Source: a virus
Taxonomy: Duplodnaviria; Caudoviricetes
Virus record (IMG/VR): IMGVR_UViG_2885972705_000001
Location: 7,679 to 71,678 of that record
DNA length: 64,000 bases
Reading direction: 5' to 3' (one strand)
Shown in pieces: positions 48,093 to 58,311 of this stretch. The notes below the pieces were generated by a model, which was given only the letters and a program-made list of their open reading frames with translations, did no database searches and was not told the origin of the DNA. Position numbers and translations under genes: made by a program. Numbering within the stretch: position 1 is the stretch's first letter; each line of letters opens with the position of its first letter.

Positions 48093-48344
48093 ATGCACAG
48101 CCCAGCGTTTACCACGTCTAAACCGCCCTCTTCCTACGAAGCTGCAGGTCGACGCCTGCAAGCCCTGATTGCCTCACCAGGTGTTCAGAAGGTCCAGGCG
48201 GTCACGGTGTGTAGGCTGGAGCATGAAAATCCCGAGGACTGGAAGCGGCTGCTAGATGAAATCAGCGAAACCGCAGGCGTCCGCGTCGAGACCATGGAAG
48301 GAGGAACCGTCAGGATCGGCTGGCGAGAATACTGCGACGCATAA
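48093..48344 (+). CDS. DUF1654-like small protein
   Basis: SYEAAGRRLQALIASPGVQK...W. Confidence 0.65.
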   Translation: MHSPAFTTSKPPSSYEAAGRRLQALIASPGVQKVQAVTVCRLEHENPEDWKRLLDEISETAGVRVETMEGGTVRIGWREYCDA

Positions 48345-48345
48345 A

Positions 48346-48372
48346 TGAGCCCGCCATTGAGCGGGCTTTTTA
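48346..48372 (+). terminator. Intrinsic terminator
   Basis: GAGCCCGC-CATTGA-GCGGGCTTTTT. Confidence 0.75.
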
Positions 48373-48384
48373 TCGCTCAATAAT

Positions 48385-48443
48385 TTCAGCAATCTGAATT
48401 TATTAATTCAGCATGCTTGACACGATTATTTCAGCTTGCTTAA
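48385..48443. promoter_or_regulatory. OL operators (three copies)
   Basis: TTCAGCAATCTGAA (48385), TTCAGCATGCTTGA (48407), TTCAGCTTGCTTAA (48430); same consensus as OR. Confidence 0.8.
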
Positions 48444-48768
48444 ATTCGTCTCAAGCCAGCAGCAACAACAGCCGGCCAGCAGCGAAAGCCGCGCCGCTCT
48501 TTAGCGACACCTCTTGCCGGATCACCACCGGCCCAGCTTCAAAGGCAGCGATGAACCGGCCTAAACGGTTCAGAGGGTTGGCAACTGACCCGGGCGTGCA
48601 GCGTAAAACGTCGAAAGCAGTTATCCAGCGGGAGAACAAGCCGAAAGGCCCGCGGCTGGAGAAACATTTGATTAAAGCCGGTGATGGCCGCCAGTAGCGG
48701 GTCACAGGTGCACAGATTTCTGATGCCGCTTCTATGAGGCGGCATTGGAAATCAACGGAGATGCAGCG

Positions 48769-49011
48769 ATGAGCAATTCAGTATTTGAAGCACGTGATGA
48801 GGTGGTCAACGAGGCAGCAGCATTGTGCGCCAGGCTGCTGGAAAAGTGGTTCGGCGGCGTCGATGAGGCGATCGCAGCGCTCGAAGCTGGCCAGGTTGAT
48901 TTGGCGGATCTCGCGCTGCGCAGCCACATCAAGCAGCGCAAGGCGATGACGGTCAGTGCGCATATGAACATCCAGGGCTTCAGCCGTGAAGTTCTCGGCC
49001 AGGTCGCATGA
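48769..49011 (+). CDS. Hypothetical early protein
   Basis: ORF with GGAG RBS after a hairpin. Confidence 0.5.
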   Translation: MSNSVFEARDEVVNEAAALCARLLEKWFGGVDEAIAALEAGQVDLADLALRSHIKQRKAMTVSAHMNIQGFSREVLGQVA

Positions 49012-49070
49012 AGATTTCACTGGCAGGCCTTCGCAAGAGGGCCTGACGGGAAATCAAACGGGAGTCACAC

Positions 49071-49832
49071 ATGAAAGTCGATAACGAAGTGATGGCGCTG
49101 CTCAGCGCTTCGCGCACCGAAGACAACAAGCTGTTCATCACCGGCGGACAGCTCGATAAGAGTCTGTACCAGCGCCTCGATAAAACTCTGAAGGCCGCGG
49201 GCGGCAAGTGGAACACTAAGGCAAAGGCCCATCTGTTCACTGGTGATGCGGCCGACGCAATCGAAAACATCCTGATGACCGGCGAGGTCACTGTGCCGCA
49301 GGATTTTGGCTTCTTCCCTACCCCGCAGCACGTTGCTAAACAGGCTGCCGATCTTGCCATGATTGGTGACGGGATGATGGTACTGGAGCCAAGCGCAGGT
49401 CGTGGGGCTCTGGCGGTGGCCGCCAATTCCGCAGCGGTAGGCGTCATGGTCGACATGCACGAGTTGCTGCCGGACAACCACAAAGCGCTAATCGAACTAA
49501 AGCTGCCACTGTCCGGGGTTTCGGAACCTGGCGACTTCTTGCAGGTTGAGCCTAAACCCATCTATGACCGCGTACTGATGAATCCGCCCTTCGACAAAAA
49601 ACGCAGCGATATTCACCACGTATTGCACGCACTGAAGTTCCTGAAGCCCGGCGGCCGACTGGTGGCGATCATGCCTTCCGGTGTGACCTTCCGGGATGAC
49701 GCTCTGACCCGGGACTTTCGCGGAATCGTAGAGCATCGCAGTGGCAGTATCGAAACCCTGCCAGAAGCCTCATTCAAGCAAGCCGGAACAATGGTCAGCA
49801 CCGTATTGGTGGTGATCCCGGCCGCAGCCTGA
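49071..49832 (+). CDS. SAM-dependent amino-methyltransferase (probably DNA)
   Basis: FFPTP, VLEPSAGRG, MNPPF. Confidence 0.85.
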   Translation: MKVDNEVMALLSASRTEDNKLFITGGQLDKSLYQRLDKTLKAAGGKWNTKAKAHLFTGDAADAIENILMTGEVTVPQDFGFFPTPQHVAKQAADLAMIGDGMMVLEPSAGRGALAVAANSAAVGVMVDMHELLPDNHKALIELKLPLSGVSEPGDFLQVEPKPIYDRVLMNPPFDKKRSDIHHVLHALKFLKPGGRLVAIMPSGVTFRDDALTRDFRGIVEHRSGSIETLPEASFKQAGTMVSTVLVVIPAAA

Positions 49833-49894
49833 CAACCAGCGCCACGACAGCATGTCGTTAACTGCCCGAGGCCCTGGTACTCCCCAGCACCAGG

Positions 49895-50020
49895 CCGCAT
49901 CGGATATAGCTCGGCCCACTGTCGTGATAGCAGGGTGGCCACCTTGTCCCGAGCCTGAGCGGATTTTGTCGCGGCGAAGACGGGCAACACTCGGAGGGAT
50001 TCGAGCTATATCCGATGCGG
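49895..50020 (+). ncRNA. Structured RNA element closed by a perfect 19-bp stem
   Basis: CCGCATCGGATATAGCTCG (49895) / CGAGCTATATCCGATGCGG (50002). Confidence 0.5.
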
Positions 50021-50064
50021 ACGAAATCGCGGCCTATATCCGCCCACCTGCATCACCGCAACAA

Positions 50065-50257
50065 GCAGATGAATGCCCAGGCTGATGGGCAAGTGTAAGA
50101 CCTGAGGGATCGCGGGAATCGTGACCGGTAGAGTGAGTAAGCGCCCGTATGGCCACGGCGAGTCCAAGAATAAGCGGCTGAAACCTTCGCCCCGGTGAAA
50201 CTCCGGTGTCACTAAGGCCGCTAATAGTCGTGCCGGGATCAGCTCCGGTCATCTGCA
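50065..50257 (+). ncRNA. tRNA-like / C4-antisense-like structured RNA candidate
   Basis: GCAGATGA...TCATCTGC closing stem with a T-arm-like GCCGG-GATCAGCT-CCGGT hairpin. Confidence 0.4.
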
Positions 50258-50282
50258 TCACCCACCCCAACCGGAGATCACC

Positions 50283-50426
50283 ATGCTCCTACTGTTCCTG
50301 ATCGGCGCAGCGCTCAGCCATGCGCGGCCAGAACCGCCACCTGATGACGGCCTGCCAACCGGTCCATTGCGCTTCCATCGTGAGCGCTGGCGTTCTAGAT
50401 CGGGGCTCTCGGCGTTCTGGCGCTGA
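50283..50426 (+). CDS. Small peptide (47 aa)
   Basis: MLLLFLIGAALSHARPEPPPDDG with GGAG RBS. Confidence 0.4.
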   Translation: MLLLFLIGAALSHARPEPPPDDGLPTGPLRFHRERWRSRSGLSAFWR

Positions 50427-50615
50427 AAGTCCCGCCAAAAACTCACCCCGGCGCCACGTAGGGAGGTCTATGTGTCGCACCGAAAGCCCGGGCAATGTTC
50501 GGGTTTTTTTACGCGCCTCTATTACGTCAGCACTCCTCCCCCGCGCCCATCGGCAACCAGCGGGAGGAATGAGTGTTGACGAATACAGGTGAACAACACG
50601 CCTCTGGAGGCGACC

Positions 50616-50882
50616 ATGAACCAAAGTCAGCACGCTTACTGCGAAGTAGCGCTCGCAATGAACCAGCGCCGCAACTTGGCCCTAGCCCTTTGCCTTGGAC
50701 TGGTCGGCTCCAGCGCTCCAAAAACCTCACCTCTCTACCGGGTCATCCCGGCTGGGAATGAGTTCTTCCACGTCGTCGATTCCGCCACCGGCAAGGTGAA
50801 GGGCTTCCGCCGCAACCACAACGAAGCCTGCGCCCTCGCCCGGCGCCTGGAGTCACACCATGTCCAGCATTTACGCGGATAG
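50616..50882 (+). CDS. Hypothetical early protein
   Basis: GGAGG RBS; FHVVDSATGKVKGFR. Confidence 0.6.
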   Translation: MNQSQHAYCEVALAMNQRRNLALALCLGLVGSSAPKTSPLYRVIPAGNEFFHVVDSATGKVKGFRRNHNEACALARRLESHHVQHLRG

Positions 50883-51090
50883 CGCACAGGCCAGGGAATC
50901 GGACAGGCGTTGGGACTTGCCGAACTTCGGCAAGAAGCCGCATGTCGATCTGTTCCACGAATACACGGCTGACGACCTGGCAGAGCGTAAGGCGCGGCGA
51001 CTCACAGAGCGCGCCAGCCTCAAGGCCCGCATTGGTGTAGCAATGGCGCAGATGGAGTTGATCTGCCCACCAGCCGAGGGCGCCGAATGA
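50860..51090 (+). CDS. Hypothetical early protein
   Basis: GGAG RBS; coupled to neighbours. Confidence 0.55.
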   Translation: MSSIYADSAQARESDRRWDLPNFGKKPHVDLFHEYTADDLAERKARRLTERASLKARIGVAMAQMELICPPAEGAE

Positions 51091-51314
51091 ACATCGCACA
51101 GCGCGACCACCAGACGGCTGTGACCTGGATCGAGGGCGAGATCGAAAACATGATCCGCGACCTTGGAAAACCAAACGCCAGTTCGGCGGCGACATCGTGC
51201 GTCACCCTGGCCTTCATGCTTCGCGTGATCGATGAAAACGAGCATCGGTACTTCCGGGCGCACATCGATAAGATTTACGACAACTACAACGCTTCACTCA
51301 TTTCCGCCGCCTGA
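51087..51314 (+). CDS. Hypothetical early protein
   Basis: ATGA overlap. Confidence 0.55.
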   Translation: MNIAQRDHQTAVTWIEGEIENMIRDLGKPNASSAATSCVTLAFMLRVIDENEHRYFRAHIDKIYDNYNASLISAA

Positions 51315-51371
51315 CGGCAGCACTCACCCCCACTACTTTCAATGCTGCGCCTGGCGCGGCGAGGGATCGTC

Positions 51372-52523
51372 ATGTCCAAAAACACCAAACAAGCACTAGC
51401 ACAAGAACCGCTCGAAGAGAGCGCGACCGAAGATTCCAAAAAGTCCGTTGTGCCTGCTGTTGCCGTCACCGACATCGCCGAATATCAGCCGCACGAAGAG
51501 CAGATCGTTCGCCTGGAGACCACCTACGCGAAGCTGGTCGTTGACTGCTCAACCAGCGAAGGCCTGGCAAACGCCAAAGAGGTTCGCGTCGATATCCGCG
51601 ACGTGCGCTATGCATTGGATAAAACGACCAAGACGGCACTGGTGCCTTATCAGCAGAAAGTCAAAGACGCCCAGGCGCGCGTCAACCAGGTTAAAGAGTT
51701 CGGCGAGACGTTGAGGACTCGCGTCCTTGTGCTTGAAGAACCAATCGACGAAGCCATCAAAGTCGAAGAAAAGCGCGTTGCCGATGCCAAAGCCGAAAGG
51801 GAGCGGCTAGAGCAAGAACGCATCGAAGCCATCCGGGCGAAAATCAACCGGTTCAGCTCTGTCGCTGCCGCCTATGCAAGCCGCAGCGCCGCAGATGTCG
51901 CAAGTATTCTGCTGGGCGTCAAAGAGTCGGTGATCCTGCCCGAAGAATATGGCGAGTTTGAAGCCGAAGGCACCATCGCTCGCGACAATGCGATTGAGCA
52001 GCTGGAAGCGCTGCACAAATCCGCCGTTGAGCGCGAAGAAGCTGCCGCCAAGTTGCTGGCCCAGCAGAAAGAATTGGACGCGTTGCGGGAGAAGCAACGC
52101 GTTGCCGACGCGGAAGCTGAGGAGCTGCGCAAGCAACGTGCAGAGGAAGACCGCAAGCGCTTAAAGCAGCAACAGGACGAGTTGGACAAGCAGCGCCGCG
52201 ACCTGGAAGCGCAGCAGCGCCAACAACGCGATACGCAAGCAGAGCAGCAGCGTCAGCAACAGGTACGTGACGACCAACATCGACGCGACCAAGAAGAGCT
52301 TGCTCGCCTGCGCGCCCAAGCTGCTGCTCCTGCGCCAGCCGCAGCCACTGTGAACGAAGAGAAAGCGGAAGTCGCACCTGCTGTCGTACATACCCCCGTG
52401 ATTGAAGCCATCATTGCGGATCCGGCCACACCGCCCGCTGACGACATTGTCGAAGTTGTCGCCCTGGGCTTCGACGTGGATCTCGACACCGCTCGCGCCT
52501 GGCTTCGCGCCATCAGCTTCTAA
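51372..52523 (+). CDS. Coiled-coil protein of the recombination module
   Basis: E/Q/R-rich coiled coil upstream of RecT. Confidence 0.7.
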   Translation: MSKNTKQALAQEPLEESATEDSKKSVVPAVAVTDIAEYQPHEEQIVRLETTYAKLVVDCSTSEGLANAKEVRVDIRDVRYALDKTTKTALVPYQQKVKDAQARVNQVKEFGETLRTRVLVLEEPIDEAIKVEEKRVADAKAERERLEQERIEAIRAKINRFSSVAAAYASRSAADVASILLGVKESVILPEEYGEFEAEGTIARDNAIEQLEALHKSAVEREEAAAKLLAQQKELDALREKQRVADAEAEELRKQRAEEDRKRLKQQQDELDKQRRDLEAQQRQQRDTQAEQQRQQQVRDDQHRRDQEELARLRAQAAAPAPAAATVNEEKAEVAPAVVHTPVIEAIIADPATPPADDIVEVVALGFDVDLDTARAWLRAISF

Positions 52524-52576
52524 CCACCCTTTCCATCTGACGGCCAGCACATCCCATGCTGGCTACGGAGAGCGTT

Positions 52577-53566
52577 ATGACCGATACAAACCCCCAAGCA
52601 CAAACCGGCCTCGCGACCTATCACGATCCATCGCACAACGCGGCCGCGCTGATCCTCGACCCAGGCACCATGCGGTCGATGAGCGACCTTGCACTGATGA
52701 TGTCGCAGGGAGTGACCACCGTCCCGAAGCATCTCAAAGGCAACCAAGCCGACTGCATGGCGGTGGTGCTTCAAGCAATGCAGTGGCAAATGAACCCCTT
52801 TGCCGTAGCGCAGAAGACGTTCATCGTCAACGGCGGCGCACTGAGCTACGAGGCGCAGCTCGTCAACGCGGTGATCACTGCCAAGGCACCAGTCAAGGGT
52901 CGCTTGAACTTCGAGTGGTTTGGAGCCTGGGAAAACGTCATCGGAAAGATGCGTGAGGTCACCAGCAAATCCAAGAAGGACGAGGACACTGGCGAGTTCA
53001 AAAAATACCGCGTTCCAGACTGGAGCTTTGACGACGAAAAAGGACTCGGCATCAAGGTTTGGGCGACGTTCCGGGGCGAAGACGAGCCGCGCACCCTGGA
53101 ACTTCTGCTGACCCAGGTCCGTACCCGCAACTCTACGCTCTGGGCGGAAGACCCCAAACAGCAAATCGCGTACCTGGTTACCAAAAAATGGGCGCGCCTC
53201 TTCTGCCCTGACGTGATCCTTGGCGTTTACACCCCCGACGAATTTGAAGATTCGTACGGTGGCGAGATCGACATCACCCCCGCCAAGCAGACCGCGAACA
53301 CCGCTGCAGCTGCAGGCGTGTCGTTCGGCCCGAAATCCCCCTCGCCTGAAATCGACGGAGTATTCGCGGATCTGCTGGCCGTTGCGAAGCGCCAGGACAT
53401 CGAGGCCTACGCGGCAGCCTGGGCAGGCCTCAAGCCGAAGCAGCGCGCAGCGATCGGCCTGGAGTGCCACGAAGCACTCAAGAGCATGGCTGCAACCGTC
53501 GATGCGGACTTCACTGACATGACCGGTTCCAACAGCGACCAACCCCGTACAGAGGAGGCCGCGTAG
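52577..53566 (+). CDS. recT: RecT/Bet-family ssDNA annealing protein
   Basis: VPKHLKG..ADC, QAMQWQMNPFAVAQKT, WARLFCPDVILGVYTPDE. Confidence 0.88.
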   Translation: MTDTNPQAQTGLATYHDPSHNAAALILDPGTMRSMSDLALMMSQGVTTVPKHLKGNQADCMAVVLQAMQWQMNPFAVAQKTFIVNGGALSYEAQLVNAVITAKAPVKGRLNFEWFGAWENVIGKMREVTSKSKKDEDTGEFKKYRVPDWSFDDEKGLGIKVWATFRGEDEPRTLELLLTQVRTRNSTLWAEDPKQQIAYLVTKKWARLFCPDVILGVYTPDEFEDSYGGEIDITPAKQTANTAAAAGVSFGPKSPSPEIDGVFADLLAVAKRQDIEAYAAAWAGLKPKQRAAIGLECHEALKSMAATVDADFTDMTGSNSDQPRTEEAA

Positions 53567-54228
53567 TGAGAACTGAGCTTCAGGGCACAGAGAAGTGGCA
53601 TGCGGACCGATCGGGCCGCGTGACAGCCAGCCGTTTCAAAGATGTGGTTGCATGGGGAAAGCCTGACAAAAATGGCAAACGCGAGCCCATGGGTGCCCGC
53701 ACCTCATACATGCGCGAGCTGTGCTTTGAACGGCTAGCAAAGAAATCCAAACACAACGTCAGCAGCGCCTCTCTGAAGTGGGGCCACGCCGAAGAGCAAA
53801 AGGCCCAGGACGCCTACGAGATGCTGACAGGCAACATCGTCCTGCCCTCGGAATTCATCGTTCACCCCAAGTACGATTGGTTGGGCTGCTCGCCCGACGG
53901 CCTCATCAACGACGACGGTGGCACCGAGTCCAAGTGCCCGTTCAACGAAGCGATTCACGTCAGGACCTGGCTTGAAGGCATGCCCGAGGAACACATGCCA
54001 CAAGTCCAGGGCTGCATGTTCGTGACGGGCCGTAAGTGGTGGGACTTCCTGTCGTTCGACTCTCGCCAGGATGAAGAGTGCCAGCTCTACATCGAGACGA
54101 TTTACCGCGACGAAGACTACATCGCCAACCTGCACAAAGAGCTGGTCCAGTTCAACCTGGAACTGAATCGCATGGTTGACGAGGTAGCAGACAAAGCTAG
54201 GGCGCAAGCCCATCGTTTAGGAGCCTAA
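53566..54228 (+). CDS. YqaJ/lambda-type exonuclease
   Basis: QGTEKWHADR.GRVTAS, GCSPDGL, ESKCP, QVQG. Confidence 0.92.
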   Translation: MRTELQGTEKWHADRSGRVTASRFKDVVAWGKPDKNGKREPMGARTSYMRELCFERLAKKSKHNVSSASLKWGHAEEQKAQDAYEMLTGNIVLPSEFIVHPKYDWLGCSPDGLINDDGGTESKCPFNEAIHVRTWLEGMPEEHMPQVQGCMFVTGRKWWDFLSFDSRQDEECQLYIETIYRDEDYIANLHKELVQFNLELNRMVDEVADKARAQAHRLGA

Positions 54229-54230
54229 CC

Positions 54231-54749
54231 ATGATCAGCCCAGAACTCAGCACCATCCGCCAAAAGGATCTGGACCGCGATTGGATCGCCCGGGCCACGG
54301 CAGAGTATGAACAAGGCACCACCCTCGAAACGCTGATCACTCAAGTTCGGGATGTCGATTTCGGCGCCATGTTCAACGGCAAGTCCCGCGACGGTACCAG
54401 GGCAGAGCCTAACCCATCGTTTGAAAGCAAAGTGGCAGCAGCTGCACCGACGCTGACCGTCACCGAGGCCATGAAGACCTTCCACCTCTGCGAGCGCGAC
54501 TTGAAGCGGATGGCATCCCGCATGGGCTTCAAGTTCAAGCGCGGGTACACCACCAACCAGGGTCACAAGGCCACTGACGGCCCGATGGTTGAGCGGATCA
54601 TTGCCTTGCGTGATGTGGGGCTCAATCGGTCCCAGGTCATGAAGCAGACGGGCATGTGCTACGAGAAATTCCACCGATTGCTCAAGGATTACGGCATCGA
54701 CTTCCCGCCGCTCCCGTTCAACTTGCGGAACGGGAAAACGAAACGTTGA
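54231..54749 (+). CDS. Hypothetical HTH-like protein
   Basis: 172 aa with AGGAG RBS. Confidence 0.6.
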   Translation: MISPELSTIRQKDLDRDWIARATAEYEQGTTLETLITQVRDVDFGAMFNGKSRDGTRAEPNPSFESKVAAAAPTLTVTEAMKTFHLCERDLKRMASRMGFKFKRGYTTNQGHKATDGPMVERIIALRDVGLNRSQVMKQTGMCYEKFHRLLKDYGIDFPPLPFNLRNGKTKR

Positions 54750-54827
54750 AGCGCATAGCCCGCATCCAGCAACGCAAACGTCAACCCTGGCTCGCACTGC
54801 CGGCCAGCGGAATAGAAGAGGTAGGCC

Positions 54828-55316
54828 ATGGCTGCCGAACAGAAGGAACGAACAGCCAAGCTTGCCGAGAAGCGGCAGGAGCTGGGCGAGCAGGAATTGC
54901 GGCACACGGTCCCGTACGGCACCCGGCAGATGCTCGACGAGCTGATGCGCTGGCACAAGATCGAGGAAGTCAGTGAGGCGGTGCAACTCCTGGTGATCAA
55001 CGCCAAGGCCGAGGATCTGCCAACGGCGCCACCGAAGATCAAAGGGCCGTCCGACATCATCCGCCACTACTTCCGCCAAGGCATGCGCGACCGGCTGGAG
55101 GCGCTCACCGCCGGCCTGGGCGAAACGAAGGACCGCACCACCATCTGGCGACTTATCGCACATGCCCACTCGTTGGGCGTCGAGAAGTCCGCACCAATGC
55201 TTGAAATTAAGCGCCACACAATCGACATACCACAAAACGTGGCGCGCAAATTACGGCAAGCAGGCTTTGCCGAATCGCTTCAAATGAACGCCGACGACGA
55301 CGGCGAGAACGACTGA
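54828..55316 (+). CDS. Hypothetical protein
   Basis: 162 aa with GAGG RBS. Confidence 0.6.
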   Translation: MAAEQKERTAKLAEKRQELGEQELRHTVPYGTRQMLDELMRWHKIEEVSEAVQLLVINAKAEDLPTAPPKIKGPSDIIRHYFRQGMRDRLEALTAGLGETKDRTTIWRLIAHAHSLGVEKSAPMLEIKRHTIDIPQNVARKLRQAGFAESLQMNADDDGEND

Positions 55317-55365
55317 TAAGCCGCTCAGGCAGACGTATCCATCGGAAACGTTTCGATCACCGGCT

Positions 55366-55719
55366 TCAACTCGATGCCAGCGTCGGAGTTTTTTCAAATA
55401 AATCAGATATTTGTTCTGCTGCTAATCTCGCATCACTTATCAAAAGCCCATCAATATAACCAACTAGTCCGCCACCGTAGAACTCGCTTTGGCTTCCTGC
55501 ATAGAGCAGATAAATATCTTTCAAGGACTCACGAAGCTCTCGCTCACAGGCGTAAAAATCGCGGTCACGCTCCTTCGGGACGCTGATGTAATCCCATTCA
55601 ACCCTCGCATACTTGGTTCTAGGGAAAACCTCCACATTGACCGCCTTCGTCGCCACGCAATACCGATACCACTCATTTCGACCTGCAATGTCGTTCTTCT
55701 TCAATTCCTTGTAAGCCAT
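55366..55719 (-). CDS. Hypothetical AT-rich moron
   Basis: Antisense insert in the early operon. Confidence 0.55.
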   Translation of the reverse strand: MAYKELKKNDIAGRNEWYRYCVATKAVNVEVFPRTKYARVEWDYISVPKERDRDFYACERELRESLKDIYLLYAGSQSEFYGGGLVGYIDGLLISDARLAAEQISDLFEKTPTLASS

Positions 55720-55828
55720 GGTCTTCGGATCCCGAGCACAAGTGATTTATAGACACCGGTAATACCCCAACCAAAACCAAATTGCCACCACCGATCACGG
55801 AGGGCGGCGCTTACCTGAGGTACAAGCA

Positions 55829-56836
55829 ATGCCCATCCGCCACAGCATCATCCACAAGATCGACAAGAAGCCCGACGGCAGCACGGCCGTTCTGTTCCTG
55901 GGCACATCCGAGCAGGTCGATAGCCAAGCCCGCGACGACTTGATGAGCCAGCTCAACGACAGCTACAACGCCACCGCCGGCAAGGGCTGGGGGTTCTTTC
56001 ACCAAGAATCAGGCGCTCACCCTTTCAGCGGTTGGCTCGGCAAGTACCTGGCCGGCGCCACCGACTTCTTGTCGTTCAGCACCACGGCAGTCGAACACCT
56101 GACCAAGCTGAGGGAAGAGTCAAACCTCACCACCGGTGGGCACGCCCTCTTCTGCCACTACCAGCAAGGCCTGACCGATTACTTGGTGATCGCCCTGGTG
56201 CAGGAAACCGAAGCGGTGACCATGACCGAAGATCTGGCCCTGATGACCGTGAAGCGCCTGGACCTGGATCACATCCGTCTGGCCGCACGCATCAACATCA
56301 GCGAATGGCAGAACAACCGCCAGTCGAAGCAGTACATCTCATACCTGAAGGGCAAGCAGGGCCGGAAGCTCAACGAGTACTTCCGTGACTTCATCGGCTG
56401 CCAGGAAGGGATCGACGCCCCAGGCGAAACCCGCACGCTGCTGAAGGCGTTCAGCGACTTCGTTGAAAGCGAGGACATGGTCGAAGATGCGGCCCGTGAG
56501 AAGACCCACACCCTGGTCAGCTACTCAATGGCCCAGGCCAAGCTGGGCGAGCCGATCACTCTGGACGAGCTGTCAGGCTTGATCGACGAAGATCGCCCGA
56601 AGAAATTCCACGACTTCATCAAGGCGAAGGACTACGGAATTTCCGAGTCCCTGCCGCCGGACAAGAAGACGATCAACAAATTCCGGCGCTTCTCTGGCCG
56701 GGCTGAGGGCATGTCGATCAGCTTCGAGGCGCACCTGCTGGGCGACAAGATCAAGTTTGACGAGGAAGGCGGCACTCTGACGTTGCGCGGCCTTCCCACG
56801 CAACTGACCGAGCAGCTAAAGCGCGCTACCGCCTGA
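55829..56836 (+). CDS. Nucleoid-associated protein NdpA/YejK homolog
   Basis: [42 protein letters not shown]. Confidence 0.9.
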   Translation: MPIRHSIIHKIDKKPDGSTAVLFLGTSEQVDSQARDDLMSQLNDSYNATAGKGWGFFHQESGAHPFSGWLGKYLAGATDFLSFSTTAVEHLTKLREESNLTTGGHALFCHYQQGLTDYLVIALVQETEAVTMTEDLALMTVKRLDLDHIRLAARINISEWQNNRQSKQYISYLKGKQGRKLNEYFRDFIGCQEGIDAPGETRTLLKAFSDFVESEDMVEDAAREKTHTLVSYSMAQAKLGEPITLDELSGLIDEDRPKKFHDFIKAKDYGISESLPPDKKTINKFRRFSGRAEGMSISFEAHLLGDKIKFDEEGGTLTLRGLPTQLTEQLKRATA

Positions 56837-56891
56837 CACCAACAGCTGCGCCGCACTCTCGTCAGAGGCGGCGCCTGACTGGAGATAATCC

Positions 56892-57527
56892 ATGAGCAAG
56901 CCAAAAGTCGATCCGGCATCGCGCAACGTGCTGGCCTACTCCGTAGAAACCAACGACCCGGAAGAATCAAATATCCAGTTCGCCACCTCGAACGCCGCGG
57001 CTCGGCGCCAGGGTGCAGACAATATCGGTACTGACTTTGGCGCAGTGTCGTGCCGCCGTGCCCACTGGGCCGACCAATATGCCGGCCAGAGCTTTATCCC
57101 GGCAAAAGCCTACATCGATGCCGGCTGGTGGTTCGGCTGCAACCACTGCGGCACGAGGTGCGACAGTGATGCCAGCTATTGGGATGAGGAAACAGAAACC
57201 GATATCGCACTGGACCTGGTGTTCGATGATCGAGTGGTCTACTGCTCTGCGGACTGTAAGACAGGACATGAAGCTGAAGTGACGGCCCGCAACGCCAAAT
57301 TCGAGGAGTTCAAGGTTCGGGCGGCGGCGGCCAGGCCTGGCGTCACCTTCACCGGGTTCACTGGCGGATACCCGTGGTGCGGCAACAAAGGGCTGTTCAC
57401 TTTCCCTGGCGCCCAGTACGGCGGCTCAGTAACCGACATTGACGAAAGCACAGAGCTGAAATGGTATGTAGCCCAAGGCGATAGAGCCGCTTGGGACTAC
57501 TTCATCGCAGAACGACCTGCCGCCTGA
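56892..57527 (+). CDS. Hypothetical protein with Cys motifs
   Basis: GWWFGCNHC, YCSADC. Confidence 0.65.
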   Translation: MSKPKVDPASRNVLAYSVETNDPEESNIQFATSNAAARRQGADNIGTDFGAVSCRRAHWADQYAGQSFIPAKAYIDAGWWFGCNHCGTRCDSDASYWDEETETDIALDLVFDDRVVYCSADCKTGHEAEVTARNAKFEEFKVRAAAARPGVTFTGFTGGYPWCGNKGLFTFPGAQYGGSVTDIDESTELKWYVAQGDRAAWDYFIAERPAA

Positions 57528-57585
57528 CGCTCCGGCGCTGCCCGCCAGCGCCTTCCTTTCTGAAACGATGCACGACCCTGGGCTA

Positions 57586-58266
57586 CTAACCAGCCGGCGA
57601 TGCCCCGTCGGGTTCGGGTTGATTTCCTGTAATTTTCAGCAAACAAGGACCGACTAAATCCTTGATTTCTTTTGTGGCTTTGAATTCTGACAAAGACAGC
57701 TGCATGGAAAGGATAAGGAGCTCTTTCACGTTCGCGACCGCCATTTCTTTCTCTTTAAGCGATGGTTCCGCCGCTTTCTGCCGATCAGTAAAATCGCCCC
57801 GACCAAGATCCATTATTTTCAAAACCACTGACGACATCGCATCCGCATGTCGCTGCTGGTTATCAACTAAAAATTCAATAAGCCTGAACTGACTATTCAG
57901 ATAATTCTGAACCAAGGATCGTTCAGCCTCATCCCTTGACAGCTGCAGCTGATCATCCTGACGCTGCAAGGACGCGATTTGCTGCTGGCTCAGGGTGAAG
58001 AACTCGTCCTTCTGAGTCCTCAACAAGTCACGTTGGAGGTAGACCGTCCTAAGAACCGCCCCAAGGGTCAAAAAGGATACGAGCGGCCCAAGGACTCCAC
58101 CTATGTAGCTTCCAAATGCAGACCAGTCGGTAGCTTGGGTCGAGAAGCCACCCACAAAGTGCAAACGATAAACAACAAGCGCCGCCGCGCCAGCAACCAA
58201 AGCTACGAAAGTCAGGAGAAACCAAAAACTGAATATGACTCCGACCAGCCGTTTCAAGAACCCCAT
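57586..58266 (-). CDS. Two-TM + coiled-coil moron protein
   Basis: WSAFGSYIGGVLGPLVSFLT followed by a Q-rich coil. Confidence 0.65.
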   Translation of the reverse strand: MGFLKRLVGVIFSFWFLLTFVALVAGAAALVVYRLHFVGGFSTQATDWSAFGSYIGGVLGPLVSFLTLGAVLRTVYLQRDLLRTQKDEFFTLSQQQIASLQRQDDQLQLSRDEAERSLVQNYLNSQFRLIEFLVDNQQRHADAMSSVVLKIMDLGRGDFTDRQKAAEPSLKEKEMAVANVKELLILSMQLSLSEFKATKEIKDLVGPCLLKITGNQPEPDGASPAG

Positions 58267-58311
58267 TACTACCTCCATTTTTTGCGCGGATCATACCGGC
58301 GCGGAGATCCC

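Noticed and set aside
50065-50257. tRNA gene
   Set aside because: No canonical cloverleaf, TTC loop or anticodon arm; kept only as a tRNA-like ncRNA candidate
57979-58311. N-terminal extension of the Dcm ORF
   Set aside because: Overlaps the antisense membrane gene; the likely start is MPITYGS at 58312 with a GGAG RBS
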